NCBI GenBank assembly: GCA_964016885.1
Contig: OZ024740.1
Span: forward strand, 296,918,001 to 296,982,000
Source: Eledone cirrhosa
Lineage: Eukaryota
Reading direction: 5' to 3'
DNA length: 64,000 nt
The notes under the pieces were generated by a model. The model did not search any database and was not told the origin of the DNA. It was given only the letters and a program-made list of their open reading frames with translations. The position numbers and the translations under genes are program-made. Below, one piece after another: positions 47,801-56,207 of the stretch (its first letter is position 1; each line of letters opens with the position of its first letter).

Positions 47801-49539
47801 TCAGTTTCTCATCTTTTTTAGTATAGCTTAGTATACCTGACATTTTAATTCTCTTCTAGCAATTTAATACATGGTTTCAGGTTTTATCTCAAAGAATAAC
47901 ACCTCAGGCAAGTTTCTTTTACTATAGCTTCATACTGACCATCACCTTGTGAGTAAATTTTATATAAATGTATGTGTATATGTGGGTGTGGTATGTGTGT
48001 TTATCTATTTCTTTACTTGCCATTTGATATCACTAGTTCGAGCAGTGATTTTTGTTCATGAACAAAAATCACTGCTCGAATTAGTGATATCAAATGGCAA
48101 GTAAAGAAATAGATAAACATAAGCTCCATGGCTCAGTGATCAGGTGTGCAAATATGCATAGTTTACTTAAATAACAAGACAGAGTTGGTGTCAGGTGTAA
48201 AATGTACTGTAATAAAGGCATAGGTATAATCAAATGTACCGTCAAAATAAATCACTACTAAATTTTAGCTGAGATTGAATTATATGGCATTAAAATCCTA
48301 AATTCACACAAAATTAGTTTTCTATTCATTTTTGATGCCCATTCTAATGTTAACATCTCAACTGTGAAGTTAGATAACTAAAAAATAGTTTTATATCAAA
48401 TATGCATCTTTTGGTGAATTTTTAACAAGAAAAATAATTACCTCTCTAGTTAAACCTATTTTTGAATGTTAATCTTCATAAAGCCAAATTCCATTAAAAA
48501 AAATGTTAATCCTATAATATCATAACCTTCTTAGCCAATCTTCAATCATCAACCACCAACTAAAGATATTTTTGATAAAGTTTTCTTTTCATATTATTGC
48601 ATTATTCTATTACCATTTGAGGTTTTTTTTCCTGGTAAATACATTGAATGACTTATTTTCAATAGGTCTTTTATCCTGTTTAAATTTATTGTTCAAATTT
48701 ATTATCCCAGCACTCAAGTTTTCAGTTCTTTTGCTTATATTTTAATAAGTTTCACAGCAATATAATTTCACATTTCAAATACATTCATATTGGATATTTC
48801 AAACACTAATCGCCCAGTCCATGCTGTAAAGTGGTTGTGTAGCAGTCACAACAAAAACCACCCAGTACACACTGTAAATGTGGTTGGTGTTTGGAAGAGT
48901 ATCCAGTTGTAGAAACCAAGCCAAAATCAGTTCTGTATGAGCAAGTCATTGTCATCTGAACTGGCTTGTCTCACAATGGGACAACTCATTTAAACCCATG
49001 CTAGTAATGGACTGGTACTTTATCAACCTTAAAAAGATTAAAGGCAAAGTTGACCATGGCAGGATTTGAACTCAGAGTACTGTAAGCCAGATTCAATACC
49101 AAGGCATTTTAATCTGATGTCCCCTAACAATTTGCTGCCTTACCATTTCAATTGCAATCTAGTCTTTCAAAAGTTATACAGAAATATAGATCAAAGAATG
49201 CAGTGGATGGAAGCTGCAGTAGATGTAGACTGAGAAAGACACGAGCAGAGGTGGTACAAGCTGACCTCAAATTGCTGAGACTCACAGAGATGACGAAGAA
49301 ACATGGCAAGTGAAGAAATTCTGTGCTGAAAAGGACCTGTCCATCCCATGCAAGACGTAAAAACGATGATGATGATGATGATGATGATGATGAATACTTC
49401 TCTGATATAAATGTAAACAAACTTATATTACTCACCAATTAAAATCATTTGAATTATTCTCAGCCACAAGCCAGAAGTATAAGTAGAATGCCATGTAGAT
49501 GAAAGTAACTAGAAGAATAACTAGTATCGCTAGGTCTTT
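11625..49539 (-). CDS. GDPD5: Spliced gene, 5'-incomplete: six-TM glycerophosphodiester phosphodiesterase, GDE2/GDPD5-like (GDPD2/4/5 family); 12 coding exons, 562 aa recovered
   Basis: 12 exons with GT-AG ends join in frame (104+97+159+94+146+83+151+222+149+148+83+253=1689 nt). Hydrophobic TM segments, then the GDPD domain (FAHRGASG/IAPENT, GFESDV, DGIPFILHD, LRRTTN, LNAGSWF), a last TM and a tail with NPE..MKEKLLF. Family call is from recognition of the sequence; the paralog symbol is a best guess. Confidence 0.92.
12537..12619 (-). CDS. GDPD5: GDPD5-like exon K (83 nt): TPGTYLMTWVSVDVISAIIIITILIVQ(W), TM6
   Basis: tttttcag| acceptor, |gtaagt donor; phase 0 to 2. Confidence 0.9.
15198..15548 (+). 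mobile_element. Head-to-tail dimer of SINE family 1
   Basis: Two consecutive ~170-180 nt units joined at aattatt-tggcag. Confidence 0.85.
15794..16019 (+). mobile_element. Possible solo LTR
   Basis: Starts tgtagca, ends tgttata (imperfect TG..CA ends); CCAAT, TATAAAA and ATTAAA in LTR order; no TSD seen. Confidence 0.35.
16160..16307 (-). CDS. GDPD5: GDPD5-like exon J (148 nt): (L)QYIESNITTNVYLVNTNWMFSLYWCLGVQSVTTDNCHILNKLERPIWHL
   Basis: gatttcag| acceptor, |gtaaga donor; W.FSL.WC.GV.SVT.D motif; phase 2 to 0. Confidence 0.95.
16480..17410 (+). mobile_element. Highly degenerate RTE 3' ORF relic interrupted by a minus-strand SINE (16857..17043)
   Basis: ARVRCTWKNFQKL...SLKLKGKLCFACVRSAI; gtgccatcattaat is duplicated on both sides of the SINE (target-site duplication). 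Confidence 0.75.
18611..18759 (-). CDS. GDPD5: GDPD5-like exon I (149 nt): IWWFSKLYDSINTTNFTQTWTKYQPVEELLQSNVWHINANYDTLSEDEI(L)
   Basis: ttttacag| acceptor, |gtaagt donor; phase 0 to 2; open frame. Confidence 0.87.
21230..21564 (+). mobile_element. tRNA-head CORE-like SINE with RTE-derived tail (family 2)
   Basis: ggcttagtggttagagc A-box, gagttcaattc B-box, ccttgagcaagacact core; tail shared with the RTE 3' UTR. Confidence 0.85.
21600..23453 (+). mobile_element. 5'-truncated CR1-group LINE, RT domain with one in-frame stop at 22579..22581
   Basis: SPGLDG, LDFAKAFNSVPH, SGVPQGSVLGP, YADD, LEFASPVW, LETVQRRATK; (att)n tail at ~23438..23453. Confidence 0.93.
23886..24107 (-). CDS. GDPD5: GDPD5-like exon H (222 nt): EDPMHVAGSL...NQTIMSLEEFIDLA...ILNTGIAPKK
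   Basis: attag| acceptor, |gtaaat donor; phase 0 to 0; overlaps ORF 23829..24098. Confidence 0.92.
26281..26710 (-). repeat. RTE 3' end with ~47-nt tandem array (about 5-6 units); similar arrays at 38290..38530 and 61480..61640
   Basis: Repeated cacctacatgaccactttacagtgtgggctgggtgctttttgtc. Confidence 0.85.
26803..26953 (-). CDS. GDPD5: GDPD5-like exon G (151 nt): (S)FDGIPFILHDDTLRRTTNIDKIYPSRVDDDASMFMFAELAKLNAGSWFVN
   Basis: tttgcag| acceptor, |gtaagt donor; second catalytic His (HD); lies in ORF 26734..27006. Confidence 0.95.
27715..28030 (+). mobile_element. Rex3/Expander-like RTE relic; further pieces at 18190..18350, 34190..34570(-), 49950..50220
   Basis: Decayed frame LTYGHE..MTE..SRIQ.A.MGFL; near-identical blocks shared between the four sites. 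Confidence 0.65.
28312..28394 (-). CDS. GDPD5: GDPD5-like exon F (83 nt): IAPENTLVAFQLAVNQSVYGFESDVRI(S)
   Basis: cttgcaag| acceptor, |gtaggt donor; PENT and ExD motifs; phase 0 to 2. Confidence 0.95.
32100..32245 (-). CDS. GDPD5: GDPD5-like exon E (146 nt): TM5, LYVIPLFIESPC...PSKPKMFAHRGASG
   Basis: ttttag| acceptor, |gtatgt donor; catalytic HRG motif; phase 1 to 0. Confidence 0.95.
33131..33224 (-). CDS. GDPD5: GDPD5-like exon D (94 nt): IVGPFIHVGLIVIFTILTWILIRQWYILDRF
   Basis: ttttccag| acceptor, |gtgagt donor; PFxHVG motif; phase 0 to 1. Confidence 0.9.
33460..34165 (-). mobile_element. 5'-truncated RTE 3' end (last ~80 codons, 3' UTR and tail)
   Basis: MCNSNIHEQQNINELSEKLGIRGIRCC..RLRLYGHVMR..GRPRKT. 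Confidence 0.85.
34742..35178 (+). mobile_element. Full-length SINE family 2 (tRNA head, CORE-like block, RTE 3' UTR, (gat)n tail)
   Basis: 3' ~260 nt align closely with 56945..57209. Confidence 0.9.
35417..35575 (-). CDS. GDPD5: GDPD5-like exon C (159 nt): GLSICHIYVGHQVYIHPFHVVMIIISLLACIGFTIAMNTLWPSEWAMLKLSFQ
   Basis: ttctttaacag| acceptor, |gtaagt donor; CHI..GxQ..H and LW..EW..L..S.Q motifs; phase 0 to 0. Confidence 0.9.
36104..36233. repeat. 130-bp imperfect palindrome (64-bp arms, 2-nt loop, 8 mismatches, no indels)
   Basis: Direct arm-to-arm comparison. Confidence 0.92.
36823..36919 (-). CDS. GDPD5: GDPD5-like exon B (97 nt): (W)YFTVAFKLKHIPWYTIMLSITGVVFGYFAILV, TM2
   Basis: poly-T tag| acceptor, |gtaagt donor; phase 2 to 0; open and hydrophobic. 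Confidence 0.88.
37735..38016 (+). mobile_element. RTE 3' end fragment (second RTE subfamily); relatives at 19715..19935(-) and 49195..49392
   Basis: VQERRLCWFGNVMRMEDNCWVKKC...GRPQKTW; (gat)n tail. Confidence 0.8.
40625..42340 (-). mobile_element. Degenerate Penelope-like element: RT C-terminus, Cys-rich linker, GIY-YIG endonuclease, 3' pLTR
   Basis: HYAKPMTSKYLIHRISA...MQFSGY (41713..42063); KIVERPG..PCTDRKCIVC; CTEEQC...TYISEIDRNMGERINEH (decayed YIGET..R..EH) near 41250..41340. Confidence 0.85.
44361..47140 (-). mobile_element. Young 5'-truncated RTE LINE: end of APE domain, RT, PHD-like finger, 3' UTR, (gat)n tail
   Basis: Uninterrupted ORF 44663..47116; begins in the APE C-terminus (FKKPDNHLITYRSG..QLDFIL); NYRGIKL, FVDLEKAFD, QGSVLSP, YADD; agca at both junctions. 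Confidence 0.97.
44663..47116 (-). CDS. RTE ORF (817 aa, N-terminally truncated): reverse transcriptase with embedded C4HC3 finger
   Basis: No stops or frameshifts; all RT motifs present; no native start. Confidence 0.93.
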   Translation of the reverse strand: MITYRSGEHSSQLDFILIRGRDRWTVVNTKAFPSEECTSQHSLVVSDLTVRTRRALKQRPTWRRKIWKLKVPSTSNRFKDILLNAYDSKEEQIETFNVEENWEFLKNNLLEATDEVCGWSKTSSRRRVTWWWNNKVDEAVKAKRQAWKEWKNGGSRVHYIETKREARRQVYLARREAEDRKFKHVLQREDQKQEVFKIARQCVRDSCDVIGEKCIRNDKGELALTSAEKKDAWKSHYDRLLNEENAWEEETLPHVDPIEGPAVQVSGSVVSKAIRDMKIGKATGPSGIAAKMLKASGSVGHTITTRIVNQVILEGAIPKDWCSSIIVNCYKGKGDALDRGNYRGIKLMDQVMKVTERVIAQLIRDRVNIDEMQFGFVPGKGTTDALFLVRQLQEKYLAKSKPLYLAFVDLEKAFDRVPRAVIWWALRKLGVDEWLVKAVQAMYRGAVSKVRIGNEYSEEFSVQVGVHQGSVLSPLLFIIVLQAITEEFKTGCPWELLYADDLALIAESMVELENKFQTWKQGLERKGLKVNMTKTKVLISRRENRTQIPSGKWPCSVCRKGVGRNSILCPKCKQWVHKRCSGISGSLIKNVGFTCSSCAETASKQPQETSTTNLWEGPVETVDSFCYLGDRISNGGGCSESTITRVRTGWKKFRELLPLLAAKGFSLRMKGRLYDACIRTAMLHGSETWALKVEDLRRLERNEACMLRWMCNSNIRERQSINELRERLSIRGIKCCVQERRLRWYGHVMRMKDDSCIKRCRALEVDGNRGVGRPKMTWDEVIKADLTQLHLSKSMTHDRDFWRHAVIQGTRPPMGTC
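47998..48119. repeat. 122-bp loopless palindrome, one mismatch
   Basis: 61-bp arms centred on gttca|tgaac; only G48036/T48081 is non-complementary. Confidence 0.95.
49436..49539 (-). CDS. GDPD5: GDPD5-like exon A (104 nt): KDLAILVILLVTFIYMAFYLYFWLVAENNSNDFN(W), TM1
   Basis: ttttattgcag| acceptor, |gtgagt donor; LYFW..N..FNW motif of six-TM GDEs; phase 0 to 2. Confidence 0.9.
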
Positions 49540-51129
49540 CTGCAATAAAAAACAGTACAATATTACAAACTAATATCAAGTTTATTCTTAGCAACAAAAT
49601 AATTTGAAAAAAAGTTAGTTAAATTCATCTGCATTCTTCTTGTTGCTCCCATCACTGTATTTCATCTTACAGGTGTAAGAAGAGGAAGGGGAGGAGAGAA
49701 AAAAGGTGGAAGGAGAATGCAGATTAAAAAATGTAATAATTATATAATAAAATAATTCTTTAAATTATATCACAAACTTAAGCAACAGCGCAAAAGATGC
49801 ATAAATAAACTTTCACAGATGTAAATCTTCTGAACATCAACAAACATTTAGATCATTCCAGTTATATTAGTTATATTATATATATATATATATATATATT
49901 AAAAAAAAAATATATATATATATATATATGGCCAGCCAGAAATGGGGTTCCTCAATAATGTAGCTCAGAGATGAGAGAGTCACTCCAGGTAGAACCACCA
50001 CTACTTATCCGAATTGAGAGATCACAGCTATGATATCGCTGGACAGATTTTACAGGCAAAAACCAACCGCCAGGAGACCCAGAGGTAGACCCCAAGCAAG
50101 ATGGTTGGATAACGTTCATGAGCACAGCTGGTCTCATTTGGGGATCTAGCCAGATCAGTTGGAGATGGTTGCTTCTGACAGCAACCACTCCTGCTGGAAG
50201 GAGTGTTTGAGGACTCTTCCCTCATGACTCTCTAGAAGGGGGAGAAGGAGAAGGAGGAAAAGGGGAAAGAGGAAACAGAGAAGAAGGAGAAGAAGATGGC
50301 CACATTTGGGTGAAGGAACAGTTGATCATATGACCACCACCATGGCTGGAATATATTTTATTGACTCCAAAAGAATGAAAATACAAATCATTCTCAATGC
50401 AACCAGCATTCAAAATGTAAGCTGTAAGTGAACACCATAAGGTATTTTGTCTGACACTATTGATTCTGTAATATATTGATTTCTAACATTGGCAACACAA
50501 GGCCACATATTGGAAAGGTGAAAGTGGAGTTGATCAAATCAAATGCAGTACATAATAACTGCTACTTTATTTTATCGACTTAAAAGAATGAAATGTAAAA
50601 TTGACCTCCACTGGATTTGAACTCAGAATCCTCATCATCATTGTTGTTTTAACATCATCTTTCCCTGCAAGCAAGGGTTGGATGGGTCTATATGGACCAA
50701 GTCCATACTGAAGCAGAGCCACTGATTTCCCAAGCAACCCAGGGATCTGTCTCTCGCATATGTATGGTCTCACGTTCCATTGAGTGCTCAGGAGAGGTTG
50801 TCATGCTTTGAAACAACTGAGGGTCCTCCCAACTCTTTGTTTGACAAGATTTCTACAGCTGGATGCCCTTCCTATTACCAACCACTTTACAGTGTGTACT
50901 GGGTGTGTTTATCATGCAAATCACCAACACTGGGGAGGTTGAGATGCCTTTGACACAACTAGAGGGTCCTCCCAATCCTTTAAAAAAAAAAATGAAACAG
51001 AATAAAAACAACTTAATTGATTCTGCTGAAATATAGCTACTCAAGAATAAAGTTGTTGAGAGATTAACAGGTTATTACAAAGCAATCTGTATTGGCAGCA
51101 AGATGAAGGAAAGTAAAAATGAAAGTATC

Positions 51130-52356
51130 GTATAATACTCATATATAAGCCAAGAAATATGCGACGAAAAAAAAATCGATGATAAAATAGGGGATGGGGA
51201 GGGGGGGGGGGGGGTTAGCTTATATTTGAGGTCAATATTTTGCTGATTTACATTGACTTCAAAATTCTATGTTAATAAGGTGCTATGTTAAAAATATTTT
51301 CGCTTTGGAGGTGAATATTACACCGATTTCACTTTGTAGGTGAATATTACACTGGTTTCATTTTAGAGGAGAATACTACACTGGATTCACTGGAGGAATT
51401 TATTTTAAAATATATTACATGCTATTTTTTTAGGACTTAGATCTAATTAGGTTTATTTACAATAGTTTATAATGGAGTCCCACGTGCTGGCCTCCCCACA
51501 GCCCCGTAGACAGGATGGAGAAGGCGTTTCCCTGGAGGATGGTAAGGGAGATGCGCTGGAAGAACCATTCCAACTCGCGAGGCTCACACCTGCGGCTGGC
51601 CAGCTCAGCGCCTATGGTGGTGAATAGGGAGGTAGCCCTAGAAGTCTCCACTGTCAAGGGCACAACCGCGAACCTGCCAGAGAGCAACCGGTACTTGGAG
51701 AGTTTGGCCTCCTCAGCCCGACGTGCAGCAGTACCTGGGTTAGTTGCAGACTGCACCAAGTTGTGGCTGGAAAAAGTGTCGCTGTAAGTGGCATCCCAGA
51801 CGAGGTGTTTGCCACCGCAGAACGGGAAGATGGTCATACCGTCTGGCCTTTTGCCATCCCCTCGGTCCAGTTCCACCAGCTCGAGCTGGGAGGGGAAGCC
51901 TGCAGCGTCCAAGTCATGCCTAATGACCTCGTTGAAGGCAGCATGGTGTGGAAGGCGGCCGGCACTGTGGCGAGGTGAATATTACACTGGTTTTGCTTTG
52001 GAGGAGAATATCATATTGGTTTCATTTTAGAGGTGAATATTACACTTGTTTCACTTTTGATAAAATTCATATTTCCTATTGTTTTTTTTTATGCTTTGAA
52101 TGAATATGGCCTTCAAAATGGTTGCAAATCAGTAAAATTATTACATAACAGAGTTGAGAAACAAAAACCATCTTCTAAATGACATTAAACACACTTAAAT
52201 ATCTAAACATTAAAACTTCATAAACATTCTCCACTTATGAGAAATTCAAAACCATCTAAACAAGTGTTGATTAACTACCTCAGCTTATAAAAAGAGTTTG
52301 GGTTTTTGCCTGCTTCTCAGACATAAAATAGGGGTCAGCTTATATTTGTGTTTATA
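51130..52356. mobile_element. Degenerate Tigger/pogo-like non-autonomous element holding a ~29-30-nt minisatellite
   Basis: Ends tatactcatatataagcc-like and agcttatatttgtgtttata; units gaggtgaatattacactggtttcattttag at 51308..51395 and 51972..52058. Confidence 0.45.
51425..51972 (-). mobile_element. 3' fragment of a CRE-type non-LTR retrotransposon (restriction-like endonuclease domain)
   Basis: GRLPHHAAFNEV..., GDGKRPDG.T..P...G..LVWDAT..DT, AEEAKLSKY, FQRISL.ILQGNA; AATAAA and A7 run downstream; strongly GC-rich relative to flanks. Confidence 0.8.
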
Positions 52357-53280
52357 TTGTATCTCTTCTTGAGATAAAGGAGAATTTCACTGAAGAAAAC
52401 AAAAGATTATTAGTTAAGTGTAGGCTAGCATAATGTAGTGAGCCAAAATAAATTTTTAATCAGTTGAGATTACACCTGTAATGAGAAGAAAAACCATTAG
52501 CATTAATGACAATTCTTGTCAAGAAGACCAAGGGAGAGAATTTCAAGATTTAAATTGCTAGAAAAGTAAATGTAGACATGTAATGAGGAATGTGTCTGAT
52601 CTTTGGTGTGTCAACTAAAGATGTGTTTTGGTCTTATTAGACTACCTCTTAAATAGATAGTCTAATATGTATCTACCAGGCCTTAACACTTTGAAAGGAG
52701 AGATTTGTGATACTGTGATTTATTAGTTAGTTCTTTGTTATATTCAATTCATTAAAGTAATAAATGTATTTTACAGCTATTCACTATATCTATTTAATCT
52801 ATAGCTGTTATCTGAATCTACTTAATCTATGTTATACATAGTCTAAGCTTACTTTCCAATTTTGTATGATTGAAGGGTTCTGGTATTCTGTCTAGAGGTA
52901 GATATTCAGCTTTCATCTAATTAACAGTGAAAATTTATTTGCAACTTGATGCATAACTGAAATCTCCCAGGAACTATCACTTTAACACACAGACACACAC
53001 ACACACGCCTTAGTTATGAAAAGAATAAGCTGCAAATGCAAAGCGTAAACACTTTCAAATATTTCTCTGTACACAGAAAAATATGTTTACCTTAATCAGC
53101 AAATATATGCTATGTTCTAGCACAAATATTCATCGTTGTCAACATAATATAATGTGTTTTTCTGTATATGAAAGGAATATTTGAAAATCTTTACACCTTG
53201 CAACTAACTCATTCTCTTCACAGCTAAGGATTCTAATTTAAAAGAGGTAATTATAATTACTTTAAGTTTACCTTAATATA

Positions 53281-54161
53281 CGAGGTGGGTCAGAAAAGTT
53301 CCAGGACTGATGTCACAAAAGATTTATTTCAAACCCAAACTTTACACTAAGAGTTTTCTCCTTCAAAGTAATCCCCCTGGAGTCTAATGCACTTTTCCAT
53401 CCTTTTCTGCCATGCTTGCATGCACTCCTGGAATGATTCTTCCGGGATCGTCCACAGTTCCATCATCACAGCCTTTTTGATGCCATCCACGTCTTCAAAA
53501 CGGGTCCTCTGATGACTGTGATGACTGTCCCTAGCAAGTCTGGTTCGGTTTCAAGATGCTTGAGGATGTCCTAGCACACTTGCATGCGTCGACCCTTCTG
53601 GTCATCGTTCAGCAGTTTTGGCACCATCTTCACGCAGACTTTCCGCATGTCCAAATCTTCAGTGACAATCTTCCAGACGCTTTCCCGATTCATGCCCAGC
53701 TCATTTGCCATCAGTCAAACAGTCAGCCAACGATCGCTACACACCATCTGCCTGACGCGCTCAACGTTGACCTCAGTCCTGGTTGTTGAGGGCCTTCCGC
53801 TCCTGGGGTCATTGTCCACGTCCTTTTATAAACCTCTTGCACCACTCAAAAACACGTGAGCGTGACATTGTCTCATCTCTATACATTTGCTGCAGCAATC
53901 CCAGTGCTTCTGACAGAGTTTTCCCCAACCGTACCAGAAACTTAAAGTTTGTTCGTTGTTCTGTGCTCATTACTTGACGACCTGAAACAGAGGACATGTA
54001 TATAAAATTATGAAGAAAAAAGTTTGATCGCTGCAGAGAGCTAAGATTACAGTTACATACTCCAGGGGGATTACTTTGAAGGAGGAAACTCTTAGTGTGA
54101 AGTTTGGGTTTGAAATAAATCTTTTGTGACATCACTCCTGGAACTTTTCTGACCCACCTCG
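53281..54161 (-). mobile_element. Internally deleted mariner transposon with ~100-bp TIRs and TA target duplication
   Basis: ta|cgaggtgggtcagaaaagttccagga ... tcctggaacttttctgacccacctcg|ta; N-terminal EQRTNFKFLVRLGK..SRSRVFEW.KRF HTH; C-terminal GTRFEDVDGIK...QGDYFEG. Confidence 0.95.
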
Positions 54162-54166
54162 TATAT

Positions 54167-54716
54167 ATGAAATGCAGTTCGGGTTTGTGTCAGGCAAAAG
54201 TACCACAGACGCTCTTTTCATTGTACGACAACTACAGGAGAAGTATCTAGCTAAAGGTAAACCCCTCTACTTAGCTTTTGTCGACTTTGGCGGTACTCAG
54301 TAATAGAGAAGACCCGCCTTACCTACATACATAGTAAAACCTACTACAGCCAGTAGGCATCTCTAACAAAATACACCCCGTCCCACCACCCCCACCCCAT
54401 CCACACCACCCCCCTTCTATGTAAAGTTATGTTGGTGCCACACCATCCAGGCCGAAACAAATGAGATCGTGTAGGTGTCACGACAAAAAAACACACAGTC
54501 CACGCTGTAATGTGGCCGTGTAGGCAACACGGTAAAAACCTCCCAGACCCACACTGTAAATGTGGTTGGTGTTAGGAAGGGCATCCAACTGTAGAAAACC
54601 TGCCAGACAGTCCTATGCGAGCAAGACAATCACTCTTGCCTCAAGTGGGAATACCTCCGTCCAAACCCATGCAAGCGTGGAACACGGACGTTAAACGTTG
54701 ATGATGATGATGATGA
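54167..54716 (+). mobile_element. RTE fragment: ~120 nt of RT (EMQFGFVSGKSTTDALFIVRQLQEKYL..LAFVD) fused directly to the 3' UTR and (gat)n tail
   Basis: Translation and tail similarity to the other RTE copies. Confidence 0.8.
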
Positions 54717-56207
54717 TATATATATATAAATAAGAGAGACGGTTTAATTCGTACATCCTCATTTTATTATCTACTGAATAATAAATAAATATATATATAT
54801 ATATCAGGATAAAACCAGTATTATATGAGTTAGACTATTATTCAACAGAGTATTTGATACTTGGGATAGTTGTGGGGGCCCGATGGCTGAGCTCTTGCCA
54901 TTTCGACAGCTAGTTCCAGACTGTCTGGAACTAGCTGTCAAAATAAAATTTTGTTGGAGATAGATTAGCAAAATTTAATAAACAGGAGAATGGAGTGGGC
55001 ATTGGAAATAATCTGAAAAATTAATAAGCAGAGAGGACAATTATTTCAGACCCAACAGTATATTGTGCTTTTTTCTTTTTTTTTTAACAACTCACATATA
55101 AATAAAATACATTAAATACAGTCAATTGTGGTAAAAATTGCAGAAATATCAATATAGGTATTTTCATGCACATCAAAGTCAGTTACCTTTGCAAACAGTT
55201 CATCATTGCATGCAACAATAATTTAAATTAAAAAAATATTTCACTTATAATACTTGCATAATAATGATTTCTACTATAGGCACAAGGCCAGCAAATTTTT
55301 TTTTTGGGGGGGGGGGGGGGTAAATTGAACTAGTGCATTATTGGTACTTTATTTTATCGACCCTGTAAGGATGACAGGCAAAGCTAACCTTGGCAGGATT
55401 TGAGCTCAGAACATAAAGGGCCGTAACTCTATGCCACAAGACAGTGCCCAACGCTCTACCGATAATATACACACATCATGTTAACTTATCTGTGCATTAC
55501 CATTACTTTCATTGGATGTAAACAAATGGTTAGGATGTTGATGTTTATTTCTAATGAAACCAATGGTAATTCTATGAATAAGTCAAACTATATATATACG
55601 TGATTTTTGCCATTTTCATTCATTTTTATACAAAAATACACACACACTATGCATATTAGGACAGCCAAAAGAACATAACTTTAATTTACATGTTGCCCAC
55701 AAAAAGATATCTCTAAATTTCAGCCCTCATCTATTAACCACTTTTGTTTTGGATAATTTATTAAATCCTTACTAATAAGTGTAGGATATATGACATGGTT
55801 ATGTGGTAAGAAAAAGGCAACAACAGCTCAATAATGGTTTCTTATATAGCCACAAGGCCAGCAATTTTCGGGGAGGGGAAAGTCGATTAAATTGACCCCA
55901 GTGCATGACTGGTACTTTATTTTATCGACCCCGTAAGGATGAAAGCCAAAGTAAACCTCGGCGGGATTTAAACTCAGATCATAAAGGGACGTAACTCTAT
56001 GCTGCGAAGCATGACGTCCGACCTTCTACCGATACTGACAATCCACCGCCCTAACAACAGCTCAATAACTAAAAGTATTTTAATAATTTTATAAACTATG
56101 AAAAACAACTCCAGACACATTTCAGTTGTATTACACCTAGTCAAAGTATAAGTCTTCACCATTCTTGCCTAATAGTAATGAGAAAAACATTAAGTAAATA
56201 TACAGTT

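Larger units (their letters stand above)
43290..47900 (-). mobile_element. Old RTE copy split by the young RTE insertion (left part ~43290..44360, right part 47141..~47900)
   Basis: Right part ends LVKQLEE*Y..., left part resumes LYLVFIALEKAFD, so the two halves are contiguous RT sequence. Confidence 0.8.

Noticed and set aside
52853-52916. 64-nt AG/GT-bounded segment on the minus strand starting with ATG
   Set aside because: The frame needed to join exon A contains a stop, and there is no GDE similarity.
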